The notes below the pieces were generated by a model, which had not been told where the DNA came from, made no database searches, and saw nothing but the letters and a program-made list of their open reading frames with translations. Below are positions 58,470-64,000 of a stretch of 64,000 bases of DNA, one piece after another (position 1 is the stretch's first letter; each line of letters opens with the position of its first letter). The stretch spans positions 310,001-374,000 of the forward strand of contig NIVC01000376.1 of the NCBI GenBank assembly GCA_002269645.1, in the 5' to 3' direction. The position numbers were made by a program, and so were the translations under genes. This DNA is from Macrostomum lignano (lineage: Eukaryota).

Positions 58470-58769
58470 ATTAAAAACTAATAATTCTGTCTAAGGCTGT
58501 TGGTCCTGCCGCCTTGAACTAGTCAGTGACTTGCATTGGCCCCCTGCTCATCCTTATTTAACCATTCGCTATCTGGAATTTTCCCTCTTGATTCGGAGGT
58601 TCAACCTGATTGGCTGGCAGCAAGCTGGGGCTTGCGTTCTCTCATGTCTTCTATTGGATCAGAAATACTTACTGAACTTTTCAGTGCAGAATTGTGAAGC
58701 ATGAATTCTTTTGGATAATAGTTTAATAAGGTAAAGAAAGAAAAATGTTAGATTGGTGTGAACTATTTC

Positions 58770-59750
58770 AGATGCACAGGGGATCAGATAGATGCACAGG
58801 GGATCAGATAGATGCACAGGGGATCAGATAGATGCACAGGGGATCAGATAGATGCACAGGGGATCAGATAGATGCACAGGGGATCAGATAGATGCACAGG
58901 GGATCAGATAGATGCACAGGGGATCAGATAGATGCATAGGGGATCAGATAGATGCACAGGGGATCAGATAGATGCATTGGGGGTCAGATAGATGCACAGG
59001 GGATCAGATAGATGCATAGGGGATCAGATAGATGCACAGGGGATCAGATAGATGCACAGGGGATCAGATAGATGCACAGGGGATCAGATAGATGCACAGG
59101 GGATCAGATAGATGCATAGGGGATCAGATAGATGCACAGGGGATCAGATAGATGCATTGGGGGTCAGATAGATGCACAGGGGATCAGATAGATGCATAGG
59201 GGATCAGATAGATGCACAGGGGATCAGATAGATGCACAGGGGATCAGATAGATGCACAGGGATCAGATAGATGCACAGGGATCAGATAGATGCACAGGGA
59301 TCAGATAGATGCACAGGGATCAGATAGATGCACAGGGGATCAGATAGATGCACAGGGATCAGATAGATGCACAGGGATCAGATAGATGCACAGGGGACCA
59401 GATAGATGCACAGGGGATCAGATAGATGCACAGGGGATCAGATAGATGCACAGGGATCAGATATAGATGCACAGGGGATCAGATAGATGCACAGGGGATC
59501 AGATAGATGCACAGGGGATCAGATAGATGCATAGGGGATCAGATAGATGCACAGGGGATCACATAGATGCACAGGGATCAGATATAGATGCACAGGGGAT
59601 CAGATAGATGCACAGGGGATCAGATAGATGCACAGGGGATCAGATAGATGCACAGGAGATCAGATAGATGCACAGGAGATCAGATAGATGCACAGGGGAT
59701 CAGATAGATGCACAGGGGATCAGATAGATGCACAGGAGACGAGATAGATG
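58770..59750. repeat. 20-bp minisatellite GATAGATGCACAGGGGATCA
   Basis: About 49 copies. Confidence 0.95.
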
Positions 59751-60269
59751 TATATGAGATTCGATAGAAGGATAGGAAGACTTATAGACAGGCAAGTTTA
59801 AGTACAAGTCAACATTTAAAAAAATATCAACATCATAGACAACCGCCTACCCCATACAGCCTCCCACTCTTCATCGGAGCCGATTCCAAAGGATGTCCAA
59901 AATAAGGGTTAAAGATGTTTCTGCTGGCAGGACTGGGCCCACACTCACTTGAGCTGAAGAGAACCAACGACTATTGGTGAGTATAAGACACAAAATTTTC
60001 AAGCAAACAGCCCTGCTGGATAATGTCGGCTTGCATGCGGGCTGCATGTGTTTATGGATAGCAAGGGGGCTGGAGGGCGAGGCGGTGGGGATCGATCTGA
60101 GGCGGACCGGGTAGCTATTAGTTAATTGACAAATTTTAGATAAACAGACTGGCTAGTTTGTTTTTGGCGTCAATGCTGGTATTTTTTATGCTTGTGTAAA
60201 CAGAAGAGAAATGTCATACGTTTTAGATAGGAATTAGGGAAGGGTAAAGACAGATAGAAAGAGAGGGGA

Positions 60270-61280
<1,011 letters not shown>

Positions 61281-61840
61281 TAGACAGGGCGGTGAACTGT
61301 AGCGGTGCTAACAAAACATCAATCAGTGGTTAATCGCTATTTATTGCAATAACAAGCAATATCCGGTGAGCAGTGGGTCTAATGCAATCGCCGGGGCGCA
61401 CCGCACAGTCAGAGAGGCCTATAGGCATCGGACGCACACAAAATGCCCAGCTGACCATCAGCCAGTCAGCTGTGCTGCGGGCTACGCAGATTTGCTATAC
61501 AAGTAGCTGAGTGGGCGGACTCGATCACTCGATCGAGGTCGCGACCCCTCGAGGCGGCAATCGAGCATCGAGGCTTTATTTTGACCCGCGCAAACCGCAA
61601 GGCGTCCCCGATGCAAGAAATTATTGTGTATTGTATAATAATTTTACAGGCTGAGAGGTCAATGAGGATATAGTAAGTTGTTTTTGCTTCTGACTTGGAA
61701 TGTATAAAAATAGCAACTGCCTTATATGGCTTCGGTTGTAAGGGCTGATTCATGCTAGTATTTACGGGTATTGATGGTCAGCGCTACTTCGATTCCTAAT
61801 CCAAAATTGAGTAAACTATATATGTAGTGTTCCATTATAG

Positions 61841-62017
61841 ATGCCTTCTCTTGGTTCTGGCGCCCCTGGTGTTGGCGCCCCTGGTGGTGCTGGTGCTGAA
61901 GCCGCCCCTGGTGCTGGCACCCCTGGTGCTGGCGCCCCTGGTGGTGCTGGTGCTGAAGCCGCCCCTGGTGCTGGCACTGACCCAATTAAAGTAGCGCTCC
62001 TCAAGATTCCTCAGTAA
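61841..62017 (+). CDS. Possible terminal exon or small ORF encoding Gly/Ala/Pro repeats
   Basis: After acceptor-like ttccattatag|ATG; 58 aa MPSLGSGAPGVGAPGGAGAEAAPGAGTPGAGAPGG...KIPQ*. GC-rich island with an internal 60-nt duplication. Confidence 0.3.
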   Translation: MPSLGSGAPGVGAPGGAGAEAAPGAGTPGAGAPGGAGAEAAPGAGTDPIKVALLKIPQ

Positions 62018-64000
62018 TAAGAATTCATGGCCCTATACACCACTCTGTACATACATTGTACGAGCTACATGCACTTAAAGGTTTCTATACAGTATGTGCA
62101 TTGTACGAGTATTTTCAACGCCAATCTTGCGAAGTCAATTTCATATATTGATGTTGATTGATATTGATGTTTTGAAACTGATATGTCTCATCAGTTTCAA
62201 AAGCCAAAAAACTGTGGCACAACCATGTAACACATAGTACATGTTGCTGTACATGTGAGGACATATCGCCGCTGTTCTAAGTAAGTATTTTTTAAATGAT
62301 GACGTTATCGATCCTAACATCAACTTTAACAGCGGAAAATTCGCAGCTACAATGTACATGCTACATGTTACATGTACCAAAGTTCAATTAAGATAGTTTC
62401 GCTGCGTGTTTGCCGATATGGCTGAGATCTGGAAAATTCAAAGGCTTTTCCCTGGATTTTCCATGAATTTTCCATGAATTTTCTTTATCGTATATTCCCT
62501 TAATCTCGACGCTTTCAAAGCGCTGAAAACCTACGGGTGATATGGATGCAGCAGTGCGGTAAACTGTTGTGTTTTGGCTTAGCTTACTGCTGCTAGGATC
62601 AGGATCAAAATTCGCAAGCGCTCGTGTCAGTTTGCATGGTAGGCAGTGGATGAAGCACCAAGCAATCAAGCCTTTTCGATTGCGTGCAGCAGCATCAATG
62701 CAACGGCAGCACTCCCGCCTTGCATGCATGTACATGTAAATGCATGTATACAGTACTAGTTTGCGACTAATTTTTTTATGTCATATAGTTGATAGAGTGA
62801 AAAGGCGTCTTGCCTCGTAGAATACAAAAACGTTTTGTAGATTAATGTTTTTGGCTAAATGTCTGCTTGAAATTTTCAAAATATTGGACTACACATTTTG
62901 ATGTACATCTAAATATACTAAATCTCTAAGGTTTGTATGCTTGTCCATAACGCTCTAGAGCGAGCAATTCTTGACCAATTTTGATCGCGTTTTCGCCAAA
63001 ATTCAATACTAAATACTGAACTAAATGTACAGGGCCGTAAATTATTCGAAATAGGTTACCTTATATTTTTGTATAAAAATTATCTAAATATCTAATTATC
63101 TAAAATTATCTAAATAATTTTTTAGCTTTTCGATTTCATTTTTTAGTTTTTTTAGCTTAACCGGTAAAATTTATTGTTTTTCGTTGCTTTGTTTTATTTT
63201 GTAATAGTTTATCATAGCAGTGCGCAAGATTTTAAAAAGGAAATATTTTAGAGTTTTGACAGGTGGAAATTATTAATTATATACACAGTCGAGTCGCTCT
63301 CCTCTTATAATATACTTGCAAGAGTGCAAGACATAGAAAGTTTGTCTGTTTATTGCTTGGTACAAGCGAGCGACTTTTATAGTGCTAAGTGTTAATTTAA
63401 TACTTTCCTAACAATAGAAGGGCTTACTTGTGATAGAAGAAAATTTATTCTATACTTTGATTTCATCATCTTTTATGGTTAGGTCTATATCCATATGAGT
63501 TATGTAGGATTTGATCTAGATCTCATAAAAAAATCACTATTAAGCATATCGTATTAGGTTTATATCAAAAAGTTAAAAAAGCAATGTTTATAATTTTGTT
63601 CCTCTTCAAAGACAAAAGACAAAATCAAAGAACGTAAAATACATGAAATGTGAAATTTGGCATAAATTTACTTTCATTTGCAATTTTTTTCTTTTAAAAT
63701 GGTGCCAATAATGCGGAATGACAAATGGGAGTTTTCTATGGCCCATACTAGCTGTGTAGAGTTGTTTGGGGCACAAAAATTTGGCTGAGTTTTATTGAGC
63801 TCATAACGTCAACTAGTAATATAACTGGTGAAAAACATTTTTAAACGGCATTGAGCATTGCAAACGAGCCACCACATAGTCTCGTCAGTACTTGCTGTCA
63901 CTTTTATCAGATCCCTTGAATTCATATTTAGTTCTGTCAGTGCCTGTGCCAGCAGAACTTCTTACTTAACTGCAGGGCTGTCCTGGAGGGACCAGCAGAA

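Noticed and set aside
59900-60115. Possible plus-strand exons with donor TATTG|gtgagt
   Set aside because: Could not be joined into a stop-free spliced frame.
63971-64000. Exon start after ttaactgcag at the window edge
   Set aside because: Only 30 nt visible, which is insufficient to call.

Overview
Eukaryotic (animal) genomic DNA, intron-rich and saturated with mini- and microsatellites. The style resembles a free-living flatworm such as Macrostomum (inference, not verified). No prokaryotic features or CRISPR arrays were found. Five well-supported genes were reconstructed by hand: a TRPM2-like channel with a C-terminal NUDT9-homology domain (+, about 16 exons, 992-25598, 5' end outside the window), an intronless rhodopsin-family peptide GPCR (-), BRD8 (-, 3 exons), ABCF1 (-, 4 exons) and an intronless divergent Polo-like kinase (+). 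A sixth, less certain two-exon gene encodes a secreted cysteine-rich prepropeptide (-) that the ORF track misses. Also present: an intronic tRNA-Arg(CCT), a CORE-like tRNA-SINE, MITE/foldback elements, a probable solo LTR, an eroded Ty3/Gypsy pol, an interstitial telomere tract and about 35 tandem arrays. Highlights: (1) three dispersed, centre-mutated copies of the 28S rDNA R2/I-PpoI/Pokey target region, one inside a MITE with 15-bp TIRs and a 6-bp TSD and one antisense in the ABCF1 3' UTR; (2) the hidden 6-cysteine peptide precursor; (3) loss of the Nudix box in the TRPM2-like channel; (4) an RFX X-box minisatellite upstream of BRD8; (5) a Polo kinase lacking its activation-loop Thr and phosphopeptide pincer. 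Exon boundaries and positions were read by eye.
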